DNA of 61,192 nucleotides, filler included. It is 6 parts of 6 records of this genome, joined end to end, with 100 filler letters (N's around TTAATTAATTAA, not from the genome) between each part and the next. Parts side by side here need not be neighbours in the genome. Positions count along the whole stretch, not along the records: positions 18,907 to 27,312 come from SRR2962707_3203; positions 27,413 to 37,954 come from SRR2962707_3205; 4 more parts are not named here. One strand, given 5' to 3'. A model generated the notes under the pieces. The model saw only the letters and a list, made by a program, of their open reading frames with translations, was not told where the DNA came from and searched no databases. The stretch's first letter is position 1. Each line of letters opens with the position of its first letter. Below, piece by piece: positions 19,405-28,629 of this stretch. Both the position numbers and the translations under genes were made by a program.

Positions 19405-20382
19405 CTACCAACGAATGAGGGTAGCGCCCCAGGTGAAGCCACCACCCATGGCCTCGAGCATGACCAGATCACCGGACTTGATGCGCCCATCGGCAACAGC
19501 AACGCTGAGCGCCAGCGGCACCGAGGCCGCCGAGGTATTGGCGTGTTCGCCCACGGTCATCACTACCTTCTCAGGCGGCAGGCCAAGCTTGGCCCCTGCC
19601 CCTTCGATGATCCGCCGGTTGGCCTGATGGGGCACGAACCAGTCGAGGTCCTCTACGGTATAGCCAGCCTTGTCGAGCGTGTCATAGACCACGTCGGTGA
19701 TCTTGCCGACGGCATGGCGGAATACTTCCTTGCCCTGCATGTGCACATGGCCGGTAGTGCCGGTGGTGGACGGACCGCCATCGACGTAGAGCTTGTCCCA
19801 GTGATGGCCATCAGAGCGCAGCGCTGAGGCCAGAATGCCCTGTTCAGGCGCATCGTCTGCCAGTTCGGCCTTTTCGAGCACAACCGCACCGGCGCCGTCA
19901 CCAAACAGCACGCAGGTGGTGCGGTCGGTCCAGTCGAGCAGGCGCGAGAATGTCTCGGCCCCGATCACAAGAGCCCGCTTGGACAGATCGTTCTTGATGT
20001 AGCTATCGGCGGTGACCATGCCATAGACGAAGCCAGAACAGACCGCCTGCAAGTCGAAGGCCATGCCGTGATGCATGCCCAGCTTCATCTGTACCAGCGT
20101 GGCCGCTGATGGGAAGGTGTAGTCGGGCGTGGTGGTGGCAACGATGATCAGATCAATGTCGTCGGGCGTCACGCCAGCAGCCGCCATGGCGCGCTTGGCG
20201 GCCTCGACTGCCAGATCTGACGTGTACTGGCCCTCAGCAGCGATATGGCGCTGCTTGATGCCGACCCGCTGCTGGATCCATTCGTCAGAGGTGTCGACCC
20301 GCTTGGCCAGTTCGTCGTTGGTGAGGATTTTCTCAGGCAAATAGCTGCCGACACCACGGATGATGGAACGCGTCTTGGTCAC
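19405..20382 (-). CDS. fabH: Beta-ketoacyl-ACP synthase III
   Basis: [26 protein letters not shown]. Confidence 0.96.
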   Translation of the reverse strand: MTKTRSIIRGVGSYLPEKILTNDELAKRVDTSDEWIQQRVGIKQRHIAAEGQYTSDLAVEAAKRAMAAAGVTPDDIDLIIVATTTPDYTFPSAATLVQMKLGMHHGMAFDLQAVCSGFVYGMVTADSYIKNDLSKRALVIGAETFSRLLDWTDRTTCVLFGDGAGAVVLEKAELADDAPEQGILASALRSDGHHWDKLYVDGGPSTTGTTGHVHMQGKEVFRHAVGKITDVVYDTLDKAGYTVEDLDWFVPHQANRRIIEGAGAKLGLPPEKVVMTVGEHANTSAASVPLALSVAVADGRIKSGDLVMLEAMGGGFTWGATLIRW

Positions 20383-21449
20383 GCCGGTTTTGCCTCGGAT
20401 TCTGCATCAGCTGCGACAGGTGCCGCTTTGATAGGGAAACGTTTCATGGTCTCGTCGATCTTGGCGACAAGATTGCTGCGGGCCATGCCATAGGCCAGAT
20501 TCAAGGCGCTTTTGTAACCGACTTCGTCGGTACCACCGTGCGATTTGATCACAATGCCATTGAGCCCCATAAACACACCGCCATTGACGGTGCGTGGGTC
20601 CATGCGCTTGCGCAAGGCGTTCAGTGCGGACGTGGCAAACAGAGCACCAATGCGGCTCATCAGGTTCGACTTAAGCGCGGTGCGCAGATAGGAGCCAACC
20701 TGGCGGGCGGTGCCTTCGGCGGTCTTGAGAGCAATATTGCCGACAAAACCTTCGGTCACCACAACGTCCACAGTGCCCTTGCCGATATCATCGCCTTCGA
20801 CAAAGCCGTGATAGGTGAACCCCGATCCGCTGGCATCACTGAGAATGCGACCGGCTTCCTTGATGGATTCGAGACCTTTGACCTCTTCGGTGCCGACATT
20901 GAGCAGACCCACGGTGGGCGACTCATCGTCGAACAGGCAGCGCGCCAACGCCGAACCGAGAATGGCGTAATCGACCAGTTGCTGGGCATCTGCGCCAATG
21001 GTGGCGCCCATGTCGAGCACGACAATATCCTTGCGCAACGTCGGCCAGATGGCCGCGATGCCGGGACGGGCAATGCCCTCCATCGGTCGCAGGCAGAAGG
21101 TGGCCATGGCCATCAGCGCGCCCGTATTGCCACCAGATACGGCGACGCTGGCCTCTCCGTCCTTGACGGCTTGGATGGTCATCCACATCGAGGAAGTGCC
21201 ACGCCCCTTGCGCAGCGCCTGGCTGGGCTTTTCATCCATAGCGATCACTGTTTCGCAGTGGCGCACCGATGAGGCTGACTTGAGTGCGGAGAATTCGTTG
21301 AGCAGCGGATCGATCTGCTCCTGCCGCCCGTGAAAGATGAACCGCGCGTTATTGTGCTCCTTGAGGAGCAGGTCGGCGCCGTGGATAACCGCGCGGGGGG
21401 CGTTATCGCCGCCCATGGCATCCACTGATAGAGTAATTGTTTCGATCAT
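20379..21449 (-). CDS. plsX: Phosphate acyltransferase PlsX
   Basis: [23 protein letters not shown]; start moved to ATG 21449. Confidence 0.96.
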   Translation of the reverse strand: MIETITLSVDAMGGDNAPRAVIHGADLLLKEHNNARFIFHGRQEQIDPLLNEFSALKSASSVRHCETVIAMDEKPSQALRKGRGTSSMWMTIQAVKDGEASVAVSGGNTGALMAMATFCLRPMEGIARPGIAAIWPTLRKDIVVLDMGATIGADAQQLVDYAILGSALARCLFDDESPTVGLLNVGTEEVKGLESIKEAGRILSDASGSGFTYHGFVEGDDIGKGTVDVVVTEGFVGNIALKTAEGTARQVGSYLRTALKSNLMSRIGALFATSALNALRKRMDPRTVNGGVFMGLNGIVIKSHGGTDEVGYKSALNLAYGMARSNLVAKIDETMKRFPIKAAPVAADAESEAKPA

Positions 21450-21527
21450 TTCCGCCCGTTTTCCGCCTAATCGGCAGGCCTGCGAACATATCCCATCGGG
21501 GAGTCGGTGCAAGCCCCGCCGCTGGTG

Positions 21528-22076
21528 CTACTGATCAATGTCGGTGGACTTCTTGAGTTTTGTCAGTGCAGCGAACGGCCCGGAGGCCTCGCCGTCGGCA
21601 TTCAGCCCCAGAGATTCGACACTTTCGCCGGGACGACGCGGATAGGGATCGATGGCCAAGCCGATGGTTTCGAGCAGCAATGCGCTCAAATCGACCTCCG
21701 GTCCGTCAATGTGATCGGGAAAGTCGTCGTCCTCAAGGTCGACAAAAACCTCAGATCCGGGCGTGGCAACCTTTTCGGTGTCCTGTGGCAGAAACACCCG
21801 GTCAATTGCTTCTTCGATATCCTGATAGACAGGCTCAAACGACACCACAGAGGACTGGACGACGCGCGCGCTCAGGTGGCCGAGGGCACGGATACCGCCG
21901 CGCAGCGGCGTGACTGTGAGGTTGGCGTCGAAAGCTTCAACCGCATCAACCTTGAGAATTTGCGCCAGTTCAGCGCGCTTTTGCGCATCAGTGGCGACCT
22001 TGACCGAGCGTCCCGAAGCGGGGAGACGGTCAATGCGCACGATCGCGTCGAGTATGGGGGCGTCGGACTGGCTCAT
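21528..22076 (-). CDS. DUF177/YceD family protein
   Basis: GLAIDPYPRRPG...GPFAALTKL; canonical position upstream of plsX. Confidence 0.88.
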   Translation of the reverse strand: MSQSDAPILDAIVRIDRLPASGRSVKVATDAQKRAELAQILKVDAVEAFDANLTVTPLRGGIRALGHLSARVVQSSVVSFEPVYQDIEEAIDRVFLPQDTEKVATPGSEVFVDLEDDDFPDHIDGPEVDLSALLLETIGLAIDPYPRRPGESVESLGLNADGEASGPFAALTKLKKSTDIDQ

Positions 22077-22600
22077 TGCGGGCTCTCAAACTCAATAGTG
22101 CCATTTGTTATGGCATCAGCGGACTGGTGGGACACGGCTGCATCCTGACGCAGTAGATACGCAGCCATAGCCTCGACATGACTGCCTTCGGCTTCGTCAT
22201 AAATATTGCGCGACAATACGCCTTGCAGTGCGACCAGATCATGGCGATCCATCGCTTCAGACAAGGCAGCAAGCAGACCGAAGAACACGTTGCCCATCTT
22301 CTGGATGCGCTTGGGAACGCCGAGATCGCCGACCCCCATCTCGCGCAATGATCTGTCCATGTCCTTGAAAAACAGATCAAAAACGGCCTGACTAAAATCC
22401 TTATCCGTGCTGGCCTCGGCACGAAGCCGGCGGAACAGCAGGGCCATATGCAGGCTGATCATGTCGAAGCGACCGGTGACGGTGTCAGGCACCTGCCATT
22501 CGGCATAGAAATGGGGCTGCCGGGATTGCGCCACAATGGCGCTATAAACGGCGTAAACCGGTTCGGTGGCGGTATTCTTGCGGAACAGGTTGAGTATCAT
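22073..22600 (-). CDS. Ubiquinol-cytochrome c chaperone family (Cbp3-like)
   Basis: VPDTVTGRFDMISLH, DMDRSLREMGVGDLGVPKR. Confidence 0.9.
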   Translation of the reverse strand: MILNLFRKNTATEPVYAVYSAIVAQSRQPHFYAEWQVPDTVTGRFDMISLHMALLFRRLRAEASTDKDFSQAVFDLFFKDMDRSLREMGVGDLGVPKRIQKMGNVFFGLLAALSEAMDRHDLVALQGVLSRNIYDEAEGSHVEAMAAYLLRQDAAVSHQSADAITNGTIEFESPQ

Positions 22601-22768
22601 GGGGTTGCGCTCAGCTTCGTGGTCGGCCTAACACCCGGGCAAAACGGCCCATCGGACCATTGCCAGCTTGCCAGACGGGCAGATTGGCAGCTACACATTC
22701 CGGCGGCTGAAGCGTTTGCCGCGTTGTGGTCGTGCCTATAGTCGAGAGCCATCGAGAAAGTCAAATTC

Positions 22769-23218
22769 ATGTCCCTGCGTTCCGTCTCCGGTCCATTTGC
22801 GCCAATCGCAGCCGCTGTCGTGATCGCGGTCGCGTTGGGAGCCTGCACCAGCAGCACCTCGCTGGTGAGCTCGCGAACGCAAGGCTATGAGATTTCCGAG
22901 AGCGCTCAGGCCCAGATTCGCCCCGGTCAGAGCCAGAAACTGGTCGGCCTGGTGCTGGGCTCTCCGCAGTCGACCAATACATTTGGTGACCAGTCGGCCT
23001 GGTACTATGTGGAGACCAAAATTCGCCAGACCGCGTTCGGCATGAGCATGATCGACTCGCGCACCGTCCTGGCGGTCTATTTCGACAAGAACAAGAAAGT
23101 GGTCGACAAGGCCGTCTATACGCTTCAGGACGGCAAGACCATCGCCATGGAAACACGGCGTACGCCATCATTTGGCGAAGACCGCACCTTTATCGATCAG
23201 ATCCTGCAGTCGTTCTAG
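22769..23218 (+). CDS. bamE: Outer membrane protein assembly factor BamE lipoprotein
   Basis: Lipobox LGAC, LGSP, WYYV; usual divergent position in Hyphomicrobiales. Confidence 0.88.
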   Translation: MSLRSVSGPFAPIAAAVVIAVALGACTSSTSLVSSRTQGYEISESAQAQIRPGQSQKLVGLVLGSPQSTNTFGDQSAWYYVETKIRQTAFGMSMIDSRTVLAVYFDKNKKVVDKAVYTLQDGKTIAMETRRTPSFGEDRTFIDQILQSF

Positions 23219-23239
23219 ACCGGCTGCGCAGAGATATCG

Positions 23240-23266
23240 AAGGCCCCGGGAGACCGGGGCTTTTTG
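23240..23266 (+). terminator. Terminator after bamE
   Basis: AAGGCCCCGG-GAGA-CCGGGGCTTTTT. Confidence 0.8.
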
Positions 23267-23282
23267 CTTTTTGGAGACACAG

Positions 23283-23669
23283 ATGCAGCACAATACCAAG
23301 CACCACAAGGCGATCGCCAGCTGGGCAGCAGACTGCGCCGAGCGCGTCCTGCCCCTGTTTGAAGCCGCAAAGCCAGGCGATTCCCGTCCCAAGGCGGCAA
23401 TTTCAGCAGCACGACGCTGGGCGAGCGGCAAGATAACCATGGCAGAAGCCCGCAAGGCCGCCGTTGCCGGCCATGCTGCTGCACGCGATGCGGGTGATGC
23501 GGTGGCCCGCGACGCGGCCCGCGCCGCAGCGCATTCAGCTGCGACCGCTCACGAGCCGAGCCATGCTCGCCACGCCGCCAATTACGCCATCAAAGCGGTA
23601 ATTGCGGCCGGTGGCGATGATCTTGCTGAAGAGAAATGGCAGGACGAGAAGGCGCCCATGCCGCAATAG
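23283..23669 (+). CDS. Imm5-like putative immunity protein, 128 aa
   Basis: WAADCAERVLPLFE...DSRPKAAI...AAHSAATAH; ATG 23283 after GGAG. Confidence 0.75.
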   Translation: MQHNTKHHKAIASWAADCAERVLPLFEAAKPGDSRPKAAISAARRWASGKITMAEARKAAVAGHAAARDAGDAVARDAARAAAHSAATAHEPSHARHAANYAIKAVIAAGGDDLAEEKWQDEKAPMPQ

Positions 23670-23677
23670 GCCCTGCC

Positions 23678-24172
23678 CTATTTGGTCTCGGACATGTCCG
23701 AGCCGGCCGTGCGGGCGATGGCGTCGAGTGCGCCATTGACCATGCCGGTGGCCTCGTCTTCGTAGAAGGCCTTGGCAATGTCGACATATTCGGTGATGAC
23801 CACGCGCGGCGGAATATCCTTGCGGCGCAGCAGTTCAAAGGCAGCGGCGCGCAGGATAGCGCGCAAGGTGGCATCAACGCGCTCGACCGGCCAACCTTCG
23901 GCCAGGGCCTGGTCCACGGCAGGGTCAATCGCCAGCTGATGCTTGGTGACGCCGGTGACGATCTGCTTGAAAAAGTCAGCGTCAGCAGGCAGATACTGCT
24001 CGCCTTCGATCTCGCGACCCAGGTGGAAGCTGCCAAACTGGGCAAGCGTATCTTCCAGCGAGGTCCGGCCGATATCCATCTGATAGAGCGCCTGCACAGC
24101 CGCCAGTCGGGCGGCGCCGCGCTGGTTGGCGGGTCGGTCGGTCTGGGGATCGCGCTTGGGGGCATCAGCCAT
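23678..24172 (-). CDS. nusB: Transcription antitermination factor NusB
   Basis: RGAARLAAVQALYQ, VITEYV, VNGALD. Confidence 0.95.
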   Translation of the reverse strand: MADAPKRDPQTDRPANQRGAARLAAVQALYQMDIGRTSLEDTLAQFGSFHLGREIEGEQYLPADADFFKQIVTGVTKHQLAIDPAVDQALAEGWPVERVDATLRAILRAAAFELLRRKDIPPRVVITEYVDIAKAFYEDEATGMVNGALDAIARTAGSDMSETK

Positions 24173-24274
24173 AGAAAGTCACTCTTTTGATTCCGGGCTG
24201 GAGGCACCGGGCGGCAAGGGCCAACCCCATAGTCGCCTCCGGCAGGAACATCAATACAATTGGCACGCCTGCAG

Positions 24275-25348
24275 CTATGCGGGCCGTCGAAAGAATTTGA
24301 GCGTGTGGGCTCCGTGCGCTTGCTGGCCGGTCTCGACAAGCCCCTGCTCGCGGATCAAATCGGCCATCGGCCCGTTACTTGATGCTGCCGGGCCTGCGGT
24401 GTCGCCAGCAGCAGTTGTGATCAAGCCGAAGCAGTCAACCAGCCCGGCAAGCAACAGTGCCGATGTCAGTCGCGGACCAGACTCCACCAGCAGATTCTGA
24501 ACGCCCTTGTCGGCGAGCGCTGCGAGGCTGGCCGAAAGGTCCGGGCGCCCTTTTGTGCCCTTGACGCGTAAGACCTCGACTGAGACAGGCGCGTCAATCG
24601 AGACGGTAGTTTCGGCAATGATTGCAGTGCGATAGCCGGAAAAACCACCAATAAGATTCAAGCTGCGATCAAGTCCTTCGGCCCCTGACAGCACCACCCG
24701 CAATGGGGTCCGAGATGCCAGACCGGGCAAGGCGATTGCCAGTTGTTGATCGAGATGGCGCGCGGTCGCGGCGCCGATCAACACGGCATTGGATCGGGAA
24801 CGTTGCAGGTCGAGCCAATCGCGAGCAGGACCGCTGGCTGGGGTGACAACCTTGTCGTCTGGCGACACTGCCATCATGACCGTGACATAGGGCCGAGCCT
24901 TGACGCGGTGGCGCATATGGCCAGCATGCAAGGCCATGGACGGCGCGTGTTCGGCCAGCAAGACTTCAATGCCGGCAGATTCGAGGCGTTCAACGCCAGC
25001 CTGGGCTGTACGCGGGTCCGGATCGGCAACGCCAATGACCACCCGCATGACGCCGGCGCGAACAATCGCGTCAGCGCAGGGCGGTGTGCGACCCCAGTGA
25101 TGACAAGGCTCAAGCGTAACGTAAAGGGTCGCCCCCGCGGCGTCGAAGCCGGCATTTTCAAGGGCGATTGCTTCGGGGTGCGGCCTGCCACCGCGCGCCG
25201 TGACGGCGCGGGCGATCAGTGTCTGCTTGTGTGGATCAACGATCAGGGCGGCTGCACAGGGGTTGTCGCCCGTGGTACCCAGGAATGGCGTCGCATAGCG
25301 CACAGCAGCATCAAGCCAGCGCTCGTCCTGGGCAGATAGCTGGGTCAA
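24275..25348 (-). CDS. ribD: RibD-like deaminase/reductase with divergent reductase domain
   Basis: HPE and [14 protein letters not shown] zinc site intact; follows nrdR; reductase motifs altered. Confidence 0.85.
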   Translation of the reverse strand: MTQLSAQDERWLDAAVRYATPFLGTTGDNPCAAALIVDPHKQTLIARAVTARGGRPHPEAIALENAGFDAAGATLYVTLEPCHHWGRTPPCADAIVRAGVMRVVIGVADPDPRTAQAGVERLESAGIEVLLAEHAPSMALHAGHMRHRVKARPYVTVMMAVSPDDKVVTPASGPARDWLDLQRSRSNAVLIGAATARHLDQQLAIALPGLASRTPLRVVLSGAEGLDRSLNLIGGFSGYRTAIIAETTVSIDAPVSVEVLRVKGTKGRPDLSASLAALADKGVQNLLVESGPRLTSALLLAGLVDCFGLITTAAGDTAGPAASSNGPMADLIREQGLVETGQQAHGAHTLKFFRRPA

Positions 25349-25821
25349 TCGTCGTCGCGCAGAGTGCCCTGCCCCTCCGCCAATTCAGCCAGAAAATTCC
25401 GGAAATCGTCGGCAGCCGAGAAATTCTTATAGACCGAGGCAAACCGGACAAAAGCCACGTCATCGAGGCCCTTGAGCCCGTCCATGACATATTCGCCAAT
25501 CTGGTCAGAGGTGACTTCCACATCGCCCAGACTTTCCAGCTGGCGGACAATGCCGGAGATCATGCGCTCAATCCTGTCGGCTTCGACCGAGCGCTTGCGC
25601 AAGGCCGTATAGACCGAGCGGGCCAGTTTTTCGCGATCGAACGGTACCTTGCGACCACTCTTTTTGACCACGGTCAGGTCGCGAAGCTGGACCCGTTCGA
25701 ACGTGGTGAAGCGGCCGCCGCAGCCATTACAGACGCGGCGGCGGCGAATGGCGCCGGAATCCTCGGTCGGGCGGCTGTCCTTGACCTGGGTGTCGTCATT
25801 TCCACAATAGGGACAGCGCAT
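25345..25821 (-). CDS. nrdR: Transcriptional repressor NrdR
   Basis: MRCPYC...VKDSR...IRRRRVC...[16 protein letters not shown]. Confidence 0.97.
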   Translation of the reverse strand: MRCPYCGNDDTQVKDSRPTEDSGAIRRRRVCNGCGGRFTTFERVQLRDLTVVKKSGRKVPFDREKLARSVYTALRKRSVEADRIERMISGIVRQLESLGDVEVTSDQIGEYVMDGLKGLDDVAFVRFASVYKNFSAADDFRNFLAELAEGQGTLRDDD

Positions 25822-25830
25822 AAAAAGCCC

Positions 25831-27132
25831 CTACAGACCGTAGATCGGGAAGCGATCGGTGAGCGTCTTGACCTTGTCGCGGACCTGCGCCTCGACAGCG
25901 GCGTTATTGTCCTCGCCATTGGCCTTAAGGCCATCAAGCACTTCGATGATCAGTTCGCCAATAAGCTGGAACTCGGCTTCACCGAAACCGCGGGACGTGC
26001 CTGCCGGGGTGCCCAGACGAACGCCCGAGGTGATGGCGGGCTTTTCAGGATCAAAGGGGACCGCATTCTTGTTGCAGGTGATGTGAGCGCGCTCAAGAGC
26101 GGCTTCAGTTGCCTTGCCGGTCAAGCCCTTGGGACGCAGATCAACCAGCATCAGGTGGTTGTCGGTGCCGCCGGTGACGATATCAACGCCGCCCTTGACC
26201 AGGGTTTCCGCCAGTATCTTGGCGTTGGCGACTACCTGACGGGTATAGGACTTGAACTCTGGCTGCAGTGCTTCCTTGAAGGCTACGGCCTTGGCAGCGA
26301 TGACATGCATCAAAGGGCCGCCCTGGATACCGGGGAAAATCGCCGAGTTAACCTTCTTGGCGATTGCCTCGTCATTGGTCAGGATCAGGCCGCCGCGCGG
26401 GCCGCGCAGAGTCTTGTGGGTCGTGGTTGTGGCAACATGGGCGTGGGGGAATGGGCTTGGATAAGAGCCACCCGCCACCAGGCCGGCAACATGGGCCATA
26501 TCCACAAACAGAACTGCCCCGACTTCATCGGCGATGGTGCGGAATTCGGCCCAGTCCATGGTCCGTGAATAAGCCGAAAAACCGGCGACGATCATCTTGG
26601 GCTGATGCTCATGGGCCAGGCTGCGCACCTGCTCCATGTCGACACGGCCGTCCTGCTTGCGAACACCATACTGGATGGCGTTGAACCACTTGCCCGACTG
26701 GTTTGGCTTGGCACCATGGGTTAGGTGCCCGCCGGCGTCCAGCGACATACCCAGAATGGTATCACCGGGCTGAATCAGCGCCTGATAGACACCCTGGTTG
26801 GCCTGCGAGCCAGAATTGGGCTGGACGTTGGCGAACTCGACGCCAAAAAGCTGCTTGGCGCGCTCAATGGCCAGGGTCTCGGCGACGTCAACATATTGAC
26901 AGCCACCATAGTAGCGACGGCCGGGATAGCCTTCGGCGTACTTGTTGGTGAGAACCGACCCCTGCGCGTCCAGAACGGCCTGGGACACGATGTTTTCAGA
27001 GGCAATAAGCTCGATTTCACTTTGCTGACGGCCAAGCTCATCCTTGATGGCGGCAGCCAGTTCCGGATCGGTCTGACCCACGGAATTGGTGAAAAAGTTC
27101 GGGAAGAGCGGAAGTGATGTGGCGGCGCTCAT
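25831..27132 (-). CDS. glyA: Serine hydroxymethyltransferase
   Basis: [35 protein letters not shown]. Confidence 0.98.
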   Translation of the reverse strand: MSAATSLPLFPNFFTNSVGQTDPELAAAIKDELGRQQSEIELIASENIVSQAVLDAQGSVLTNKYAEGYPGRRYYGGCQYVDVAETLAIERAKQLFGVEFANVQPNSGSQANQGVYQALIQPGDTILGMSLDAGGHLTHGAKPNQSGKWFNAIQYGVRKQDGRVDMEQVRSLAHEHQPKMIVAGFSAYSRTMDWAEFRTIADEVGAVLFVDMAHVAGLVAGGSYPSPFPHAHVATTTTHKTLRGPRGGLILTNDEAIAKKVNSAIFPGIQGGPLMHVIAAKAVAFKEALQPEFKSYTRQVVANAKILAETLVKGGVDIVTGGTDNHLMLVDLRPKGLTGKATEAALERAHITCNKNAVPFDPEKPAITSGVRLGTPAGTSRGFGEAEFQLIGELIIEVLDGLKANGEDNNAAVEAQVRDKVKTLTDRFPIYGL

Positions 27133-27260
27133 GGAACGATTACCTCGCAAATGGCGATACAGGTGGGCGTGACGGTGCCTTTATCACGTCGCGAAGTGCG
27201 ATTCCAAGGCCAAGAAAGTTGGGTCTGATGCATCGGGGCTCCCCTGATATGCGGATGGGT

Positions 27261-27312
27261 GCCCAGGCGAGCGGCTCTTCAAGGTTCGCGTTCCCCGATG
27301 GTTCCCCATCTC
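27261..27312 (-). ncRNA. ZMP/ZTP (pfl) riboswitch, 5'-truncated by contig end
   Basis: Minus strand GAUGG-GGAA-CCAUC (P2), GGGGAACGCGA (3' of P1), then GCCGCUCGCCUGGGC (P3); upstream of glyA, a typical target. Confidence 0.88.
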
Positions 27313-27412
27313 NNNNNNNNNNNNNNNNNNNNNNNNNNNNNNNNNNNNNNNNNNNNTTAATTAATTAANNNNNNNNNNNNNNNNNNNNNNNNNNNNNNNN
27401 NNNNNNNNNNNN
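27313..27412. other. Artificial contig linker
   Basis: N44-TTAATTAATTAA-N44; GC content drops sharply across it. Confidence 0.99.
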
Positions 27413-27451
27413 GTTTAGATACTTTTTAGACAGCCTCTTTTTTTATCTCGT

Positions 27452-27904
27452 TTATAGGGAAGTCTTTTTAAAGCAAGCACTTAAATTACTTCCAACATAC
27501 TGTCCGTAATTTGGGATTTGCTCATAGCCATTCTTTAAATACAAAGCTATTGCGTCTTTGTATTTACTTCCTGTTTCCAATACTGCTTGTTTAAAACCTA
27601 ATTCTTTTGCCCAATCTTCTAACTCCATTAATACCATCGAAGCCACTCCTTCTCCCCTACATATTGGATTTACATACATTCTTTTAATTTCTACAATATC
27701 AGCATCATATAACTTAAAAGCACCACAAGCAATGGCTTCATTATTTTTATATGCTAAAACCACTTCTTTAAGGTTATCTATTTTATTATACTGACTATAA
27801 AAATTGTGTGCCTCTCCATCCATTTCTGCTAAATACACATCTAAATGCTGTACTAAACTTTTAAAATCTGGATGAGAAGAGTTCGTTCGAAGTAATGTTA
27901 TCAT
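27452..27904 (-). CDS. GNAT family N-acetyltransferase
   Basis: VEIKRMYV...RGEGVA...LETG...AIALYLKNGY. Confidence 0.9.
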   Translation of the reverse strand: MITLLRTNSSHPDFKSLVQHLDVYLAEMDGEAHNFYSQYNKIDNLKEVVLAYKNNEAIACGAFKLYDADIVEIKRMYVNPICRGEGVASMVLMELEDWAKELGFKQAVLETGSKYKDAIALYLKNGYEQIPNYGQYVGSNLSACFKKTSL

Positions 27905-28096
27905 TTATATTAACTTTCTTAGGCTTGAATTTATAGGTAGAATAATAGTATTTGGACAAAAATAAAGACTGCTTCATTACAAGAAAATAGCGTAAAAACT
28001 GAATTATTATCACTATAAAATCTTTAATATTCCGCTTTTCTATTTTTAAATAACAAAGGAGTACTGTTCTTGAAAATATCTTTGTCAACCCTCGGA

Positions 28097-28483
28097 TTAA
28101 ATAAACTTTGCTATTTCTTCAGCATCAATTTGCCCATGAGACTCATTATATACAACTTTTCCGTTTTTAATAATTAATAATTGCGGACTTTCATGTATCA
28201 CACCAAACTCATTAGCTATAGCATTAGACACATCTCTGTGGTTTAAAATATCTAGAAAATACAATTTAGCATCATCAGTCGGAATTTTATATGTCGCCTC
28301 AAAGTTATTTAGTGCAAACCTACTAATTCCACAACGGGTGCTATGCTTAAAAACCACAACACAGATAGACTTAGACTCTTCTTTAATTTTCTCAAACTGA
28401 GAAACATCATTTAAAGCATTCCAATCCAAGGAACTCTCTTTATTTTCTTCACTTCCACCGAAGATTGACTTTAAAAAATTCAT
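28097..28483 (-). CDS. ytxJ: YtxJ/BrxC family monothiol redox protein
   Basis: FKHSTRCGIS, HESPQ, SH motifs. Confidence 0.88.
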   Translation of the reverse strand: MNFLKSIFGGSEENKESSLDWNALNDVSQFEKIKEESKSICVVVFKHSTRCGISRFALNNFEATYKIPTDDAKLYFLDILNHRDVSNAIANEFGVIHESPQLLIIKNGKVVYNESHGQIDAEEIAKFI

Positions 28484-28524
28484 AACTTTATATATAAAAT
28501 TCAGTACCCCCTAATCTTTATAAA

Positions 28525-28596
28525 TGACTAAACGTCAGCATAAATTCTCACTTATACTGTCAAAAAGTCACAAAATAGAAACGGAATACTAATTGC
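28525..28596 (+). promoter_or_regulatory. clpB upstream region: two TGAC-N5-GTCA-type palindromes plus sigma-54-like -24/-12 element
   Basis: TGACTAAACGTCA (28525-28537), TGTCAAAAAGTCA (28558-28570), GG-AATACTAATT-GC (28583-28596). Confidence 0.5.
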
Positions 28597-28629
28597 TAAA
28601 CAAATATCGATAATAAACTTTGAAATATA

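Noticed and set aside
21450..21527. Absence of rpmF between DUF177 and plsX
   Set aside because: Usual arrangement in Hyphomicrobiales.
25219..26568. 449-aa plus-strand ORF
   Set aside because: Antisense to nrdR and glyA in GC-rich DNA.
27861..28088. 75-aa ORF between GNAT and ytxJ
   Set aside because: Low-complexity AT-rich translation overlapping the GNAT start, with no motif.
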